Shown in pieces: positions 43,815 to 54,400 of a stretch of 59,486 nt of DNA (positions are counted from its first letter, which is position 1; every line of letters begins with the position of its first letter). The position numbers were made by a program, and so were the translations under genes. The DNA is from Candidatus Poseidoniales archaeon (lineage in GTDB: Archaea > Thermoplasmatota > Poseidoniia > Poseidoniales > Poseidoniaceae): contig QQSA01000075.1 in NCBI GenBank assembly GCA_003602535.1, positions 3,853 to 63,338 of the forward strand, written 5' to 3'. The notes under the pieces are model-generated. The model did no database searches and had not been told where the DNA came from. It saw nothing but the letters and a program-made list of their open reading frames with translations.

Positions 43815-44399
43815 GTGTATGGTCAATTCGATGCAAGTATGCAAGAGCCAACTGTTGCCGATATGTCGATTGCAGATGAACACATTGTAGTCGAAACAAA
43901 GACTCGAATAAGCGATGTTTGTAAAGAACTTGCAGTCAATCCAGATCACGCAGTTCTTGTAAAAAAGGGAAGTGAAGTTCTAGGTGTGGTCACGGCTAGA
44001 GTTATTTTCCAAACAATGTCGGAAGGTGTAAATGCTACAAAGATAAAAGTCAACAAAATAATGAAGACAAATATTCTTACTATGGCTGGAGATACACCCC
44101 TTTCTTCAGCTCTTGAAATGATGAGCAAGGCTAATCCTGATGCAATCATAATAACCGATTCAGATAATCAATTCATAGGATATTTCTCTACGAAGGATTA
44201 TCGTGACGCTACTCGAAAGCTAGAAGCTCACCAGTTGATGTCTGCTAGATTGAGGCGATCACGTAAAGCAATCAGCGAAAAAGTGTCATCATCTGAGAAA
44301 GAAGAAAGTGGAGTAGATTTACTGGATTTACTCTTAGGCGATATAGATGATGAGGATGATGAAGAGGTAGAAGTTCCTTCGATGTTCAATCTTGAATGA
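43815..44399 (+). CDS. CBS-domain pair protein with an acidic C-terminal tail
   Basis: Two CBS-like units (…HAVLVKKGSEVLGVVTARVIF… and …DAIIITDSDNQFIGYFSTKDY…). The tail is GDIDDEDDEEVE. GTG start at 43815; an ATG at 43839 is possible. Confidence 0.75.
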   Translation: MYGQFDASMQEPTVADMSIADEHIVVETKTRISDVCKELAVNPDHAVLVKKGSEVLGVVTARVIFQTMSEGVNATKIKVNKIMKTNILTMAGDTPLSSALEMMSKANPDAIIITDSDNQFIGYFSTKDYRDATRKLEAHQLMSARLRRSRKAISEKVSSSEKEESGVDLLDLLLGDIDDEDDEEVEVPSMFNLE

Positions 44400-44408
44400 G
44401 TTGAGAAT

Positions 44409-44978
44409 ATGAGTTTGTGGCAAGCACCTCTTGATGGTTCTTCCATTCATCTTGCTGTTGAGGCATCATCCGGTGGTTCATCTCTTGGTATTCAAATGGC
44501 AAGACAGGCTATTGCCGATGGCGGTAGAGTCCTTTGGGCCGCCCCGGAATTGCCGGATGGTATGAGGTTCTCGCAAATTTTTTCAGGATTAGAAATTACA
44601 GCATCATCAAGATTTCATGCTATGAATTTGGTAGGAAATATCGATCAGGCATTGGAATCATTGAATCATACAGCAAATGTACTCCCTGGAGTTTCATTGG
44701 TAATCTTGGATGACTATTGTCCAGAAAGTGGCCAAATACCGAAAACAATTATCGATGCTGTAAATAAATTACTTTCCAACAGTAATTGGACTACTTTATT
44801 AATTTCCAAAGGAGGTGTGTCGATGGATGAATCGCCTCTAGTAGCGCGAGGTAAAAACAAGTTACAGACCGATAATGTTTGGTTATTGACTAGACCCGGG
44901 TCTGACTCAAAGAGAGTGCTTTGGATAAATGACGAAGCAATTGATTTACGATTGCTTGAAGATGGCTTTGTTGTTTAA
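44409..44978 (+). CDS. hypothetical protein, possibly a degenerate RecA/KaiC-like fold
   Basis: 189 aa. A P-loop-position segment EASSGGSSLG lacks GK[ST], and a Walker-B-like LVILDD is present. Weak, motif-level call only. Confidence 0.4.
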   Translation: MSLWQAPLDGSSIHLAVEASSGGSSLGIQMARQAIADGGRVLWAAPELPDGMRFSQIFSGLEITASSRFHAMNLVGNIDQALESLNHTANVLPGVSLVILDDYCPESGQIPKTIIDAVNKLLSNSNWTTLLISKGGVSMDESPLVARGKNKLQTDNVWLLTRPGSDSKRVLWINDEAIDLRLLEDGFVV

Positions 44979-45230
44979 TCACTCATCTTCTCCGAGTAAT
45001 TTCGCCATCTCGTCTAATGCATCATCGTCTGGTTCATCAAATTGCTCAGGGTTTTTCGCTGCACCTTCCAGTACATCAGATCCTGCTACTGCTGGTTCCG
45101 TATCTTCTTTTGCGCGTGCTAAATTTGCACGTCCTTGGTTAGTGATGTACCAAATCATTGCCAAAAATGTTAATCCGAGAATGATGAATGTGATTTCTTG
45201 TGTACTGAGCATGATGTTGCCAGTACTCAC
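44979..45230 (-). CDS. possible small membrane protein with an acidic tail
   Basis: 83 aa. One TM helix (ITFIILGLTFLAMIWYI), then DEPDDDALDEMAKLLGEDE. It fills the gap exactly. A competing + strand ORF (44929-45300) is less protein-like. Confidence 0.4.
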   Translation of the reverse strand: MSTGNIMLSTQEITFIILGLTFLAMIWYITNQGRANLARAKEDTEPAVAGSDVLEGAAKNPEQFDEPDDDALDEMAKLLGEDE

Positions 45231-45236
45231 TGGCTA

Positions 45237-46364
45237 TCAAGATTTAGGGTCGGATGCTAGTCTCTTAGCCAAATGTCGGCGTTTATCAGCTGGCGGTTGA
45301 ACCCAACCTTCAATCATTGGTTTTCTTTCAATCTCAATCCAAGATAATTCGCTTTTAATCCTGCATTTAGGACACCTTACACCTTGACCTTTGCCCATTG
45401 ATTTCATTGTGCTTCCGCATTCACAAGTAGGTCTAATTTTAGATTTAGATTCTATAATTCGCATTGCTTCTAAGTGTAACTTCCCTTCGTATTCGAGTCC
45501 CATAAATTCAATCAAGTCCCCTGTTTCAAGCCATTGAGATAATTTATTCAATGGACCAGATTCGGAAAAACAGATTATACTTTGATTTATTATGACATGA
45601 CCTCCTTCAATAACATCCTTTGATTCCACAATGGATGTTTTAGTTGATTCAATATGATCTCCAGATGCCTGATTTGTCTTGAAAACTCTGTTTCCAATTG
45701 TCGGTGCACTACCAGATAACAATTCATTAGTGGCTGTGCTTGCCACATCAAAACTGGTTGCTCTAACTCCAAACATTACCGGGCATGGACCCCGTGGGGC
45801 AATCAGTCCTCTATTCGTTCGGGGGTCACGACAAAGGAATGTTCCATCCATATTTTCAACATTAGTAAGCACTTCATCACTTACATGACGTTCGTCTTTC
45901 CTCCATGCAATTCCTTCCCATGTAATACTTGTCTCTCTCCAAGCACAAGAAGCAGCAGCTCCAATTCTTCCTTGACCACCCCATTGGTATCCACCTTCTA
46001 CAAAACCTGCCTGACTTCTGACAGCCTGCCAGTAATATTTCTCATCAGGCTGTTCACTAAAAAGCGTCATTCCTGGGTCAGAAGGGTATTGTTTTCTTTC
46101 GGAGTGTTGTGATTCTGAAATTTCACCCTTCAATATGGAAATATTTTCATTCCAGTATTGATCTAACCATTCAACAATGCTTTCGTCGCAAAACAATTCG
46201 ACCGAAAGAGCTGCGTTACCTCTGGTTCTTTGGGCCGCAAATGGCCAAAGTCTAGTCAACCTTGGTTCTCCATATTCGCAAGGCAATGAATTCAGCAGTT
46301 CATGAAAAACTAGTGTTGTACAACCTCCGTCTAAGGAGTCGGTATCATCTAGTCCTAACCACAT
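45237..46364 (-). CDS. tiaS: tRNA(Ile2) 2-agmatinylcytidine synthetase TiaS
   Basis: N-terminal MWLGLDDTDSLDGGCTT matches the TiaS start (IGIDDTDS..GMCTT). The C-terminal zinc ribbon is CECG...CPKC. Confidence 0.8.
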   Translation of the reverse strand: MWLGLDDTDSLDGGCTTLVFHELLNSLPCEYGEPRLTRLWPFAAQRTRGNAALSVELFCDESIVEWLDQYWNENISILKGEISESQHSERKQYPSDPGMTLFSEQPDEKYYWQAVRSQAGFVEGGYQWGGQGRIGAAASCAWRETSITWEGIAWRKDERHVSDEVLTNVENMDGTFLCRDPRTNRGLIAPRGPCPVMFGVRATSFDVASTATNELLSGSAPTIGNRVFKTNQASGDHIESTKTSIVESKDVIEGGHVIINQSIICFSESGPLNKLSQWLETGDLIEFMGLEYEGKLHLEAMRIIESKSKIRPTCECGSTMKSMGKGQGVRCPKCRIKSELSWIEIERKPMIEGWVQPPADKRRHLAKRLASDPKS

Positions 46365-46366
46365 AT

Positions 46367-46999
46367 CTAAGCCACCGGACTAAATTCATCTCCATCATCA
46401 TTGTCAATGATTCTGTCGATTACACCAGCAATGCCTACATTTTCGTCCACTTGAAATAATCTAGCACCTACTGCCCATCCTGCACCCATATCTGAATCAC
46501 GATCACCAATCATCAGATCTAATGGGTGTATTGGAGTTGGTTTCTCTCCCCACCAATCCAATTTTGCATGAGATTTATTTCTGATAATTTCCGATGCTTT
46601 GTTTAACATCCCTGGTTTTGGTTTTCTACAATTGCAAAAATCACGATTTCTATGAGGGCAAGTCATCAGAACATCGAATTGACCAATTTCTTTTTGAAGT
46701 TTTGAATGAATTGAATGTATCATCTCTTCTTCCCATAAACCACGTTTTATTGCAGATTGATTAGTTACTAATGCAATTCTATAACCCAGTGTACGCAGTG
46801 ACATTATTGCCTCTTTAGCACCAGGAATTATCTTCAGTTCACTGGGATTGTTGATGTAGTTTGGGCTTCCATAGTTGAGGACTCCATCTCGATCAATAAA
46901 GGCAATCGCTCCATTCCATTCACCATCAAAATCTGAGGTGTTGACCTCGGCGATTGGACCCTCCATGTTTCTTTGCAAATCAATCATACCTATGTGCAT
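46367..46999 (-). CDS. HAD-IIIA phosphatase (GmhB / histidinol-phosphatase-like)
   Basis: Motifs FIDRDGVLN, VTNQS, the zinc-site-like CPHRNRDFCNCRKPKPGM, and GDRDSD. Confidence 0.8.
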   Translation of the reverse strand: MHIGMIDLQRNMEGPIAEVNTSDFDGEWNGAIAFIDRDGVLNYGSPNYINNPSELKIIPGAKEAIMSLRTLGYRIALVTNQSAIKRGLWEEEMIHSIHSKLQKEIGQFDVLMTCPHRNRDFCNCRKPKPGMLNKASEIIRNKSHAKLDWWGEKPTPIHPLDLMIGDRDSDMGAGWAVGARLFQVDENVGIAGVIDRIIDNDDGDEFSPVA

Positions 47000-47040
47000 T
47001 AAGGCGAAGTCATTAGATTACATTGCCTTCAGCGCTACTC

Positions 47041-47973
47041 ATGGCAGGTGACCTTCTAGTAGACAGGTCAGTCGCAACCATCCTTGGTGCGATTGGAATG
47101 TTTATTCTATTTGTTACTTGGAAAATGCGCTCAGGACGATTTGAAATTTTAGCTCCAATTGGTTGGATATTCACTGGGTTTTATTTTTTCAATGAAACAG
47201 GATCCTATTATGCACATGAAGACCCAGTATTGACTATAATGAGCGCTGCTACATTACCTGGTGCGATAGCAATTGCATTTTGGGAAAGGCGTGTTGAAAT
47301 CGAAAAGCAGGCCAGTGCTTTGAGGTGGTTTAGAGGGACAGTAGCAATAGCCGGTCTTCCATACATTTTGATAGCGCATGTTCCTGTTCTCAATGTCCTT
47401 GCAATTTGGTTTGTAGCATGGCAATCAGCATTACTACTCTCATTTGCCGGCGGAGCAGATGTTACATTAGGGGATACATATGCAAATACCACAAATGGTT
47501 CAGTCGAGTGGAGTTCTTGGGAAGGTAATCGTTGGTTCTTAACAGAAGAAATGTCAGAATTTTCATTCCACACTGAACTGATGGTTAACGGACAACATTT
47601 GCACATTAATTTCGTTCTTGCCTGTACAGCAATACAATCGATGATCATATTCGTAGGAGCAATATCTGCTTTGGATATTGATTGGAGAAAGAGAGTAAGA
47701 GCACTATTCATCGCTTTATCATTAATCCATATCCTGAACCTATTCAGAAATGCTGGACTGATTTGGTTACAAATGGGTTATCCAGATTGGCGCTGGATGA
47801 ATTTAACAATCTTCGAATTTGGTCATGCCTATGCTTCAAGATTTGTGTCCTTGGGTGCCATGTTCTTACTTGCACTTGTATTATTTGAGATGCTACCACA
47901 AATGCATAAGCATGTTCTCACAATTTTAAGGCCTCTTGGTCTTGCTCCGGGCAAAAAGAAGTCTCAATCATAG
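47041..47973 (+). CDS. archaeosortase/exosortase-family transpeptidase
   Basis: Polytopic membrane protein with a candidate catalytic Cys in VLACTAIQS, an Arg 41 residues later in LNLFRNAG, and a His in EFGHAYASR. The ATG at 47041 is preferred over the TTG at 47023. Confidence 0.8.
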   Translation: MAGDLLVDRSVATILGAIGMFILFVTWKMRSGRFEILAPIGWIFTGFYFFNETGSYYAHEDPVLTIMSAATLPGAIAIAFWERRVEIEKQASALRWFRGTVAIAGLPYILIAHVPVLNVLAIWFVAWQSALLLSFAGGADVTLGDTYANTTNGSVEWSSWEGNRWFLTEEMSEFSFHTELMVNGQHLHINFVLACTAIQSMIIFVGAISALDIDWRKRVRALFIALSLIHILNLFRNAGLIWLQMGYPDWRWMNLTIFEFGHAYASRFVSLGAMFLLALVLFEMLPQMHKHVLTILRPLGLAPGKKKSQS

Positions 47974-50900
47974 AGATCAGAAACTACCATTTCAGCAGGA
48001 ACATCTGCAACAGGAGGTCCTAAGTCAATTGCTGGAGGAACATCTCCTGTAATCTGTGGACTAGTAGTATGTGTCATGCGTTCTAACATCTGTTCAGACA
48101 TATTATCTCGATTTTTCTCCCAAGCATACTCTGGTTCTCTCTTCGATCTAACAATCATGTAACCCAATGTTGAGACTAAAATCAATCCCAGCAAACTAGC
48201 TGAAACCCAAACTACGTCATTATCAACGCTTACGAACATATCTGCATTATCGCCGACTCCATCTCCATCTGTATCAGTATCTTCATCAGGATTGTCTGGG
48301 AATGCATCCTTGTCGTCAGGAGTTCCGTCTCCATCACGGTCTAGAGGGTCATATGTTGATACACATGAATCTTCACTATCCTCTAATTCGTTGAAGTCGA
48401 TATACATGTCACGATTCCTGTCTAAATCAATCAAATCAAATTTGTTTAATAGAGCTACACTTGAAAGGAATTCAATACTAAGTTCATCAGTTCCAACTTG
48501 TTCATATACGACATATAGTTCGTTGCTACAATCACATATTTCGATCTTTACTTCGTTCAAATCAAGTACACCGTCTTCATTGAGATCTACTTCTTCGAAA
48601 TCCTCATCACTTCCCAATTCGTCAACAGTTAAGTCGCCATCATCATTAAAATCAAATTCTTCAAAAATTTCTTTTGCATATTCATCACATGGTAAGATTT
48701 CATCAACTGGATCTGGATCTGGATCTGGACCAGGTGGATCAGTTCCTGGAATGTCGAAAGATTCCCAGGTAGCTACTATTGATATGTCTTCAATATCTGT
48801 ATTCGCAGTCATTGTGATGTCGATTCGCCCTGTTGCAAAGTAGATGTTGATCTCTTCTTCAGCTTCGCCGAAATCGGATTCGTATTCTGTCTGAGGCCCC
48901 CATTGTCGTCCTCCTGGACGATTATCATCCATCTCTTCCCAATCAATTTCTTCGGTTTCAGCAAACAATCCAAGATCGCCTTCTCCACCCCAAGTCTTGA
49001 TCACTAATTCAGAAGCCATTTCATCATCTAAATCAATGTAGAAATATAGATCCTCACCCTTTGGTGCACTCATTCCAGAAATTTCATCTCCATTGAATAA
49101 TTCGATAGGTTCTCCATCATATGACCAAACATATCTATCAGTAAATGTGGCAGTAATATCAATTCGACTGTAATGTTCTTCGCTACCTAGCAGAATGTAC
49201 CATCTACCAGGTGTAGGGTCGTTAAATCCAATTTTATCACCTGCGCCTGGAGTGTTAGAGTGTACATCATATGTTGTCCAAGTGGGGTATTGGTCTAAAC
49301 GCATCATTATTTTAGCCTCTCCCTCTCCATTATTCAAATCAACTTCAAGTCTTTCAGTACCTACTGGTACATCAATATAGAAATACTGGTCTAATCCCTC
49401 AAATCCGCTCAATGGACCATAGGGTATTCCTGCATTCAATTCAACTGCTGATTCAGGGTCTACATTATCTGGATTGTAAGTGAAATCAGCTTGGATGGTC
49501 ACTTCACGACATCCTCTGTATGATGTCAACATAACGTAGTATATTCCTGGCTCTGCATCAAATATCTGTACAGTTTCATCATTTCCGGGATTGTAAGAAT
49601 GATCAGATTTTGGTTGCCCTCCATTTATTCCTCCACCATTGCTCTCAGATTCTGGGAAGAAGAAGTCATCATCGTCCCATCCCCAATCCATAGTATATGG
49701 CAGTGCATTGTACGCAATATGCAATTCACAATCTCCATTGCCACCCCATGTCTTTATTCGTAATTCAGCTAATTCTTCTTGTAAATCTACGAAATAATAC
49801 AGCGGCTTATCGCTATTTCTGCTTATTCTTTGTCCAGTTATTGATATTGCATCATTTAGTTCAGTCATGTCATCAAGTTCTGGAGGTTCTGGGGCTTCTT
49901 CCCAATATGCACTAATCTCCAAATTGTTGATATCTTGATTCGAAGTTACAGTCATCCAATATGTTCCAGCAGCAGGCCACTCAAAGTACTCATAAACATA
50001 GAGTCCGTAATCATAAACCTCAATTTCATAATCGTGGTCCCAGGCTGAAGGTATATCGTTTAGTGAAATGTAAATCTCATATTCGGTGTCCTCATATTCG
50101 TCATAATCTTCAAATTCCCATGAAAACATACTCAATGTAAGGTATTGAGTATTTTCTGGAATTTCCATGAAGAACAGTAATGTGTCACCCGAATTAGATT
50201 CAAATCCTTCATAATACTCATCATTTTCAATTTCGAAAGCTTGTGCAATTACAGTTCCATCAGGCATAACCCATGATGCGCCATGAATATCTCCATGACG
50301 ATCTTCCAAGTCTACAGTGGTGTCTCCCTCGCCTTCTGGGAATACCCACAGAGACTCACTTCCTCCATTGTTTCCAATTCGAAGGTCATCCATCATTCCG
50401 CGGAAATAATTACAGTCACATCCTGCACCCATTCTACCTATGTACAACTCATCACAATCTTCTCCAGATTGGAAGCAGTCATTGGAACCGAAGTCTCCAG
50501 CAGGAATTTGAGATTTGTTAATGTCGATAAGACCAGCTGACTGGTTATCGATAAAGAACTCACCAGCGTAAGCAGTACTGACGACAACTTTTACGTGAGT
50601 CCATACATTTTCTTGTATTGTCATAGTTGATGTTGGATTTTTTGACATTGAATATTCGTTGGAATAAGCCAGATAACCATCATTTAGGTAAAGTCCCCAT
50701 CCATAATCGCCTAACATAGTGATGAATTGAATACCATCGGTATCAGGAACATTTACCCATGCTTCAATAACGATTTGATCATCTATACTTGGCATTTCTT
50801 CGTCAACAACGATATGGTCGTCATCTCCGTCAAATTTCAGAGCATAATCTGCTCCATCTCCAATTTCGACGACTCCATAAACAGGGAAATATTGTGGGTC

Positions 50901-51431
50901 ATCCTCTAAATCATTCCATGTGGCCGGCTCGATAGATCCCATATTAGTTCCAGTGATGTGGATATAATCTTCATCGTCTCCATCACCTGGTTGTCCTTCT
51001 CCCCAGTTACGGTAAAGGAATGGTGTCCCATCATGCCAGCGGAAGTCGCCTTCCGATTGTGAATCAGATAACCCAGTCCATAGATGTCGAGTTGTATCGT
51101 TATTTACTGCAAACGTATCGAAAATCCATTGATCTTCTTCTGCGTCATCAATAGTTACCAAGAATCCATCAAGACTTCTAGCTACCGATGCAGCTTCACT
51201 CCATGATGAAGCGGATAATAGGTGGTAAGTGTGGTTATTTGCTGGGTTTACTGCAGTTTGAATTACTTCGATTTCATACGGATCTTCAGCAGCTACTGGA
51301 GTGACTATTGGGCTAGCACAGACTAGTAACATCATTGAAATGAGGAGGAATGCCTTACGGTTCACGAGTTTTTGGTGCAGGAACTCGTTTTTTAATGTAG
51401 CACTTGATTTGTTCATAAAACTGGTATGCAA
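47964..51431 (-). CDS. giant type-I membrane surface protein: C-type lectin-like domain, LamG-like domain, PPC-like beta domains, EF-hand/dockerin-like loops, TSP3-like repeats, TM helix, 61-aa tail
   Basis: CTLD signature (about 50862-51242): WSEAASVARSLDGFLVTIDDAEEDQWI...HLWTGLSDSQSEGDFRWHDGTPFLYRNWGEGQPGD...EDYIHI. ALKFDGDDDHIVVD and ELYIGR are LamG-like. DFNDDGDLTVDEL and DLNEDGVLDLNEV are EF-hand-like. DRDGDGTPDDKDAFPDNPDEDTDTDGDGVGDNAD is TSP3-like. TM helix VWVSASLLGLILVSTLGYMIV is followed by RSKRE. Confidence 0.85.
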   Translation of the reverse strand: MHTSFMNKSSATLKNEFLHQKLVNRKAFLLISMMLLVCASPIVTPVAAEDPYEIEVIQTAVNPANNHTYHLLSASSWSEAASVARSLDGFLVTIDDAEEDQWIFDTFAVNNDTTRHLWTGLSDSQSEGDFRWHDGTPFLYRNWGEGQPGDGDDEDYIHITGTNMGSIEPATWNDLEDDPQYFPVYGVVEIGDGADYALKFDGDDDHIVVDEEMPSIDDQIVIEAWVNVPDTDGIQFITMLGDYGWGLYLNDGYLAYSNEYSMSKNPTSTMTIQENVWTHVKVVVSTAYAGEFFIDNQSAGLIDINKSQIPAGDFGSNDCFQSGEDCDELYIGRMGAGCDCNYFRGMMDDLRIGNNGGSESLWVFPEGEGDTTVDLEDRHGDIHGASWVMPDGTVIAQAFEIENDEYYEGFESNSGDTLLFFMEIPENTQYLTLSMFSWEFEDYDEYEDTEYEIYISLNDIPSAWDHDYEIEVYDYGLYVYEYFEWPAAGTYWMTVTSNQDINNLEISAYWEEAPEPPELDDMTELNDAISITGQRISRNSDKPLYYFVDLQEELAELRIKTWGGNGDCELHIAYNALPYTMDWGWDDDDFFFPESESNGGGINGGQPKSDHSYNPGNDETVQIFDAEPGIYYVMLTSYRGCREVTIQADFTYNPDNVDPESAVELNAGIPYGPLSGFEGLDQYFYIDVPVGTERLEVDLNNGEGEAKIMMRLDQYPTWTTYDVHSNTPGAGDKIGFNDPTPGRWYILLGSEEHYSRIDITATFTDRYVWSYDGEPIELFNGDEISGMSAPKGEDLYFYIDLDDEMASELVIKTWGGEGDLGLFAETEEIDWEEMDDNRPGGRQWGPQTEYESDFGEAEEEINIYFATGRIDITMTANTDIEDISIVATWESFDIPGTDPPGPDPDPDPVDEILPCDEYAKEIFEEFDFNDDGDLTVDELGSDEDFEEVDLNEDGVLDLNEVKIEICDCSNELYVVYEQVGTDELSIEFLSSVALLNKFDLIDLDRNRDMYIDFNELEDSEDSCVSTYDPLDRDGDGTPDDKDAFPDNPDEDTDTDGDGVGDNADMFVSVDNDVVWVSASLLGLILVSTLGYMIVRSKREPEYAWEKNRDNMSEQMLERMTHTTSPQITGDVPPAIDLGPPVADVPAEMVVSDLYD

Positions 51432-51464
51432 TAGTGAACATGTAGTATTTGGTAAGTCATTTTG

Positions 51465-54400
51465 TCACTTTCGGCGTTTTCCACCGATTCTAAGTTCAGT
51501 TTTGAGTGGCATCTGGTGCTCCCAAGCGAATTCTTTTACAATCCTCCAACCTTTCTCAGATCCTTCATAATCAGTGACTTCGATAATCTTGTCACGAGTA
51601 TTGGCCTTGAATGCTGCAACTGGTTCAGCATTATGGAATACCAAATATGCACTGCCAAATCCGAATTTCTGCTTCAAAACATCTGCGAAATATGGTGCGA
51701 TTGGATCAGATGGAGGTATGACAAAATCTCGTATTGGAGGTACATTCTTTGCTTCTTCAAGCAAATCTTTTTTGCCCCAGCAAACTTCGTGTAGGTCCTG
51801 AATTAAGAAACCTTTAATCAAGGTAGAATCCTCTTCAAATTCGTTCAATACAGCTTTCAATTCTTCGGGCTTGAATGGAGTTCCTGCTAGCCTTGTGAAT
51901 TGTTTTAGAGTGATAACTGGATAATCGGAAACCAGCCTTCTAAGATACTCTCTTCTTAGTATAACAGGATCTAATCCCTGTCTTGGGGCGACTGATCTGA
52001 AACCGCCTCGATAATCTTGAACCATATGTCCACTTCTTAGTAATGGCTGAATCAACTTACGGAAAGCAGCTCTTTTCATGGCGTGTCGTTCCATGAAAAG
52101 GTTGGGGTCACTGTGAGTTTCAAAGAATTCTAGGACATCAATCAACTCTTCATTTGGCTCTTGTCCCCTGATTGCAAGAAGTGTGGAGAAGTGGTCATAA
52201 GATGCCCAAACCTGATGACCTCTGAGGTTAATTCCTTGATGCAACTGATTTGCGCTAGCCATATTTTTCAAGCTTACACGATAAACCTCTGCTCTACCTC
52301 TTAATCCAAAGTCATCCCTAACTTCCTGGACACTTTCCAATGCATCGATTTCGTTTTCTAGCCTTGAGTTTTGGTGTAAATGATGGCGATGGAATAATGC
52401 TCTTTCAGCAATCTCTCTAGGTTGTGGATCAACAACTCCACCTCTAATCATTCTGTCACCTGCTAATTTGAATCCAATATTCTCCAAAGCATTGCGTAAA
52501 TCATCTTCTAATTCGGTTACTGGTACTCCATTAAATTGTGATAGAACTGCAACGTCTACCAATTGGTCAGAGTGATTGTCGAGCAATTTTTCAAACGCAT
52601 TACAAAATTCATCTAGATATGCGTATGGAATGTGCATGTCTTTAATCTCGAGATAATCATTAATCTTGAACATCAAAACTTTTCCAATCGGGTCTACTCC
52701 TTTGAATACAGGCAGATACCAACCTCTGTCTAATACTGAACGAACTTCCCAAATAAACCTGGAAACATAAGGGTCAGACTGAGTCAAAATCCTAAGAGTT
52801 CTATCTTCTCTGTTTGGCGAATTTAACTTCGAAACTTCTTCCGGTAGAACATAGAATGCCTCAGGTTCAGGAACTAATGCCATTACTCGACTAATCCTTC
52901 CATCATCTTCCAGATTTTTTAGTGCTATTGCCAATTCTTCAACACTTCGTGAAACATAATAACGCAGTGTGAATGCTTTGACTGGTCCCATCCTTGCAAT
53001 AACTTTCACTAAAGCATCTTCGAAACTTAACGGCTCATACACCTCATATACACGGTGGAATAGAGATAATCTTCTTCGCCTTCCGACAACATCTTCAAAT
53101 TGTTTAACCAAGCATAATTGACGTTCTAGATTACTAATTGCATTCTTGAGATCTCTTTGTAGTGATTTGTAATCATCGCCCTTAGGGAAGTCTGCTAATA
53201 TTTCTTGCCGGGTTAGATTTTCTCCCTTAGGTATCTTTTCCAGAATCAACTTCTCCATTTCACCTAACCAAGGTTCGGGTTTCAATCCCAGTAACATAGG
53301 TAGATTTTTGCGAGTAGTATAGCCTATTCTATTATGTAACAAACGCCCCATTAGAACATCGGAATCTAATTGCAAATCTTTCCAATCAGCATACCTGAAG
53401 TTCTCAACTCTGTAAAGCATTTCTTGTTGCTTTTGGAATAGAATATGTTGGTCAAATGCTGTAAATCCATCTGGATATTTTTGGAATGATTTGTGCATTA
53501 CCAAATTCTGGACCCAGCGGTATTCAACAACATCCTCTTCTCCGCCAGTAATTCGGTGTTCATCGACTTTGAGGATATATTCTGCATCCTCTGTTTGAGT
53601 GAAGAACCCAACCGAAATTACATTGCGAATTTCTAATTCATGCAATATTGAATCAATTTGACCTTGAGGGAATGGCAATCTTCCAGAAATGTCATCGCCT
53701 TTTGCTGGCCCTTCACTACCTAACATTTCGATGATTTTTACGCGAAGCGCTTCATGTGGATCGGAAATAGTTTTCTTTTCCCATTTAGTAGGTTTAAGTC
53801 CATCAAATTCGAATCCAACTTCGTATGTTATGCCCTTTGTGTAAAGGTCTCTAACATCCTCCATTTCCTTTCCGCCAGCTTCAGCAATACAACCCAATGT
53901 ACCGTGAATTTCTGCCATGTAGGTCGAGAACCATTTGTCATCTAATGCCTTCACACCAGTAGAGCGAAGCTTGGTAATCTTGCCGGCTGCTGCTAATTCG
54001 GTAACCCAGCCTTCGATTGTGCTGTGATCAATACCTGCTAACTTTGCAGCATAGAGTGGATTTTCCCAATTTCTATCGAGCCCTCCACCCTTGCTCATCA
54101 AATGCAATAACTCTGAAGAATTTGTAGGGTTAGGAACTTTTCCAGTATAGTAGTCCTTCAATTGTTCATCTGTCAGTTCAGTTGCTAGACTTCTATTACC
54201 CAAGAGTCTTCGAAGGATCTCTGGGTCGATATCCTTGACCAAAAATGCCCTTGTTTTCATCGAAAGTAAATCTTCGAATGTACTCATGTAAAGGCTCATT
54301 CCGAGTCTAGATGGAACAGGAACTTTTGTGTGAACAATTCTTGCTTCTGATTCTTTACTTGCTTCAAGGAATTCATTGAGCGATTTTATGTCAATATCTC

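Noticed and set aside
44929-45300. 123-aa + strand ORF competing with the 83-aa minus-strand small membrane protein
   Set aside because: It is Ser/Ala-rich, overlaps both neighbouring genes (44409-44978 and tiaS), and has no TM helix or motif. The minus-strand ORF fits the gap exactly. Both calls remain low confidence.
47208-47711. 167-aa antisense ORF in the archaeosortase gene; a similar 183-aa ORF lies at 48292-48843 in the adhesin gene
   Set aside because: Both are opposite-strand frames of genes with strong motif support and translate to low-complexity sequence.
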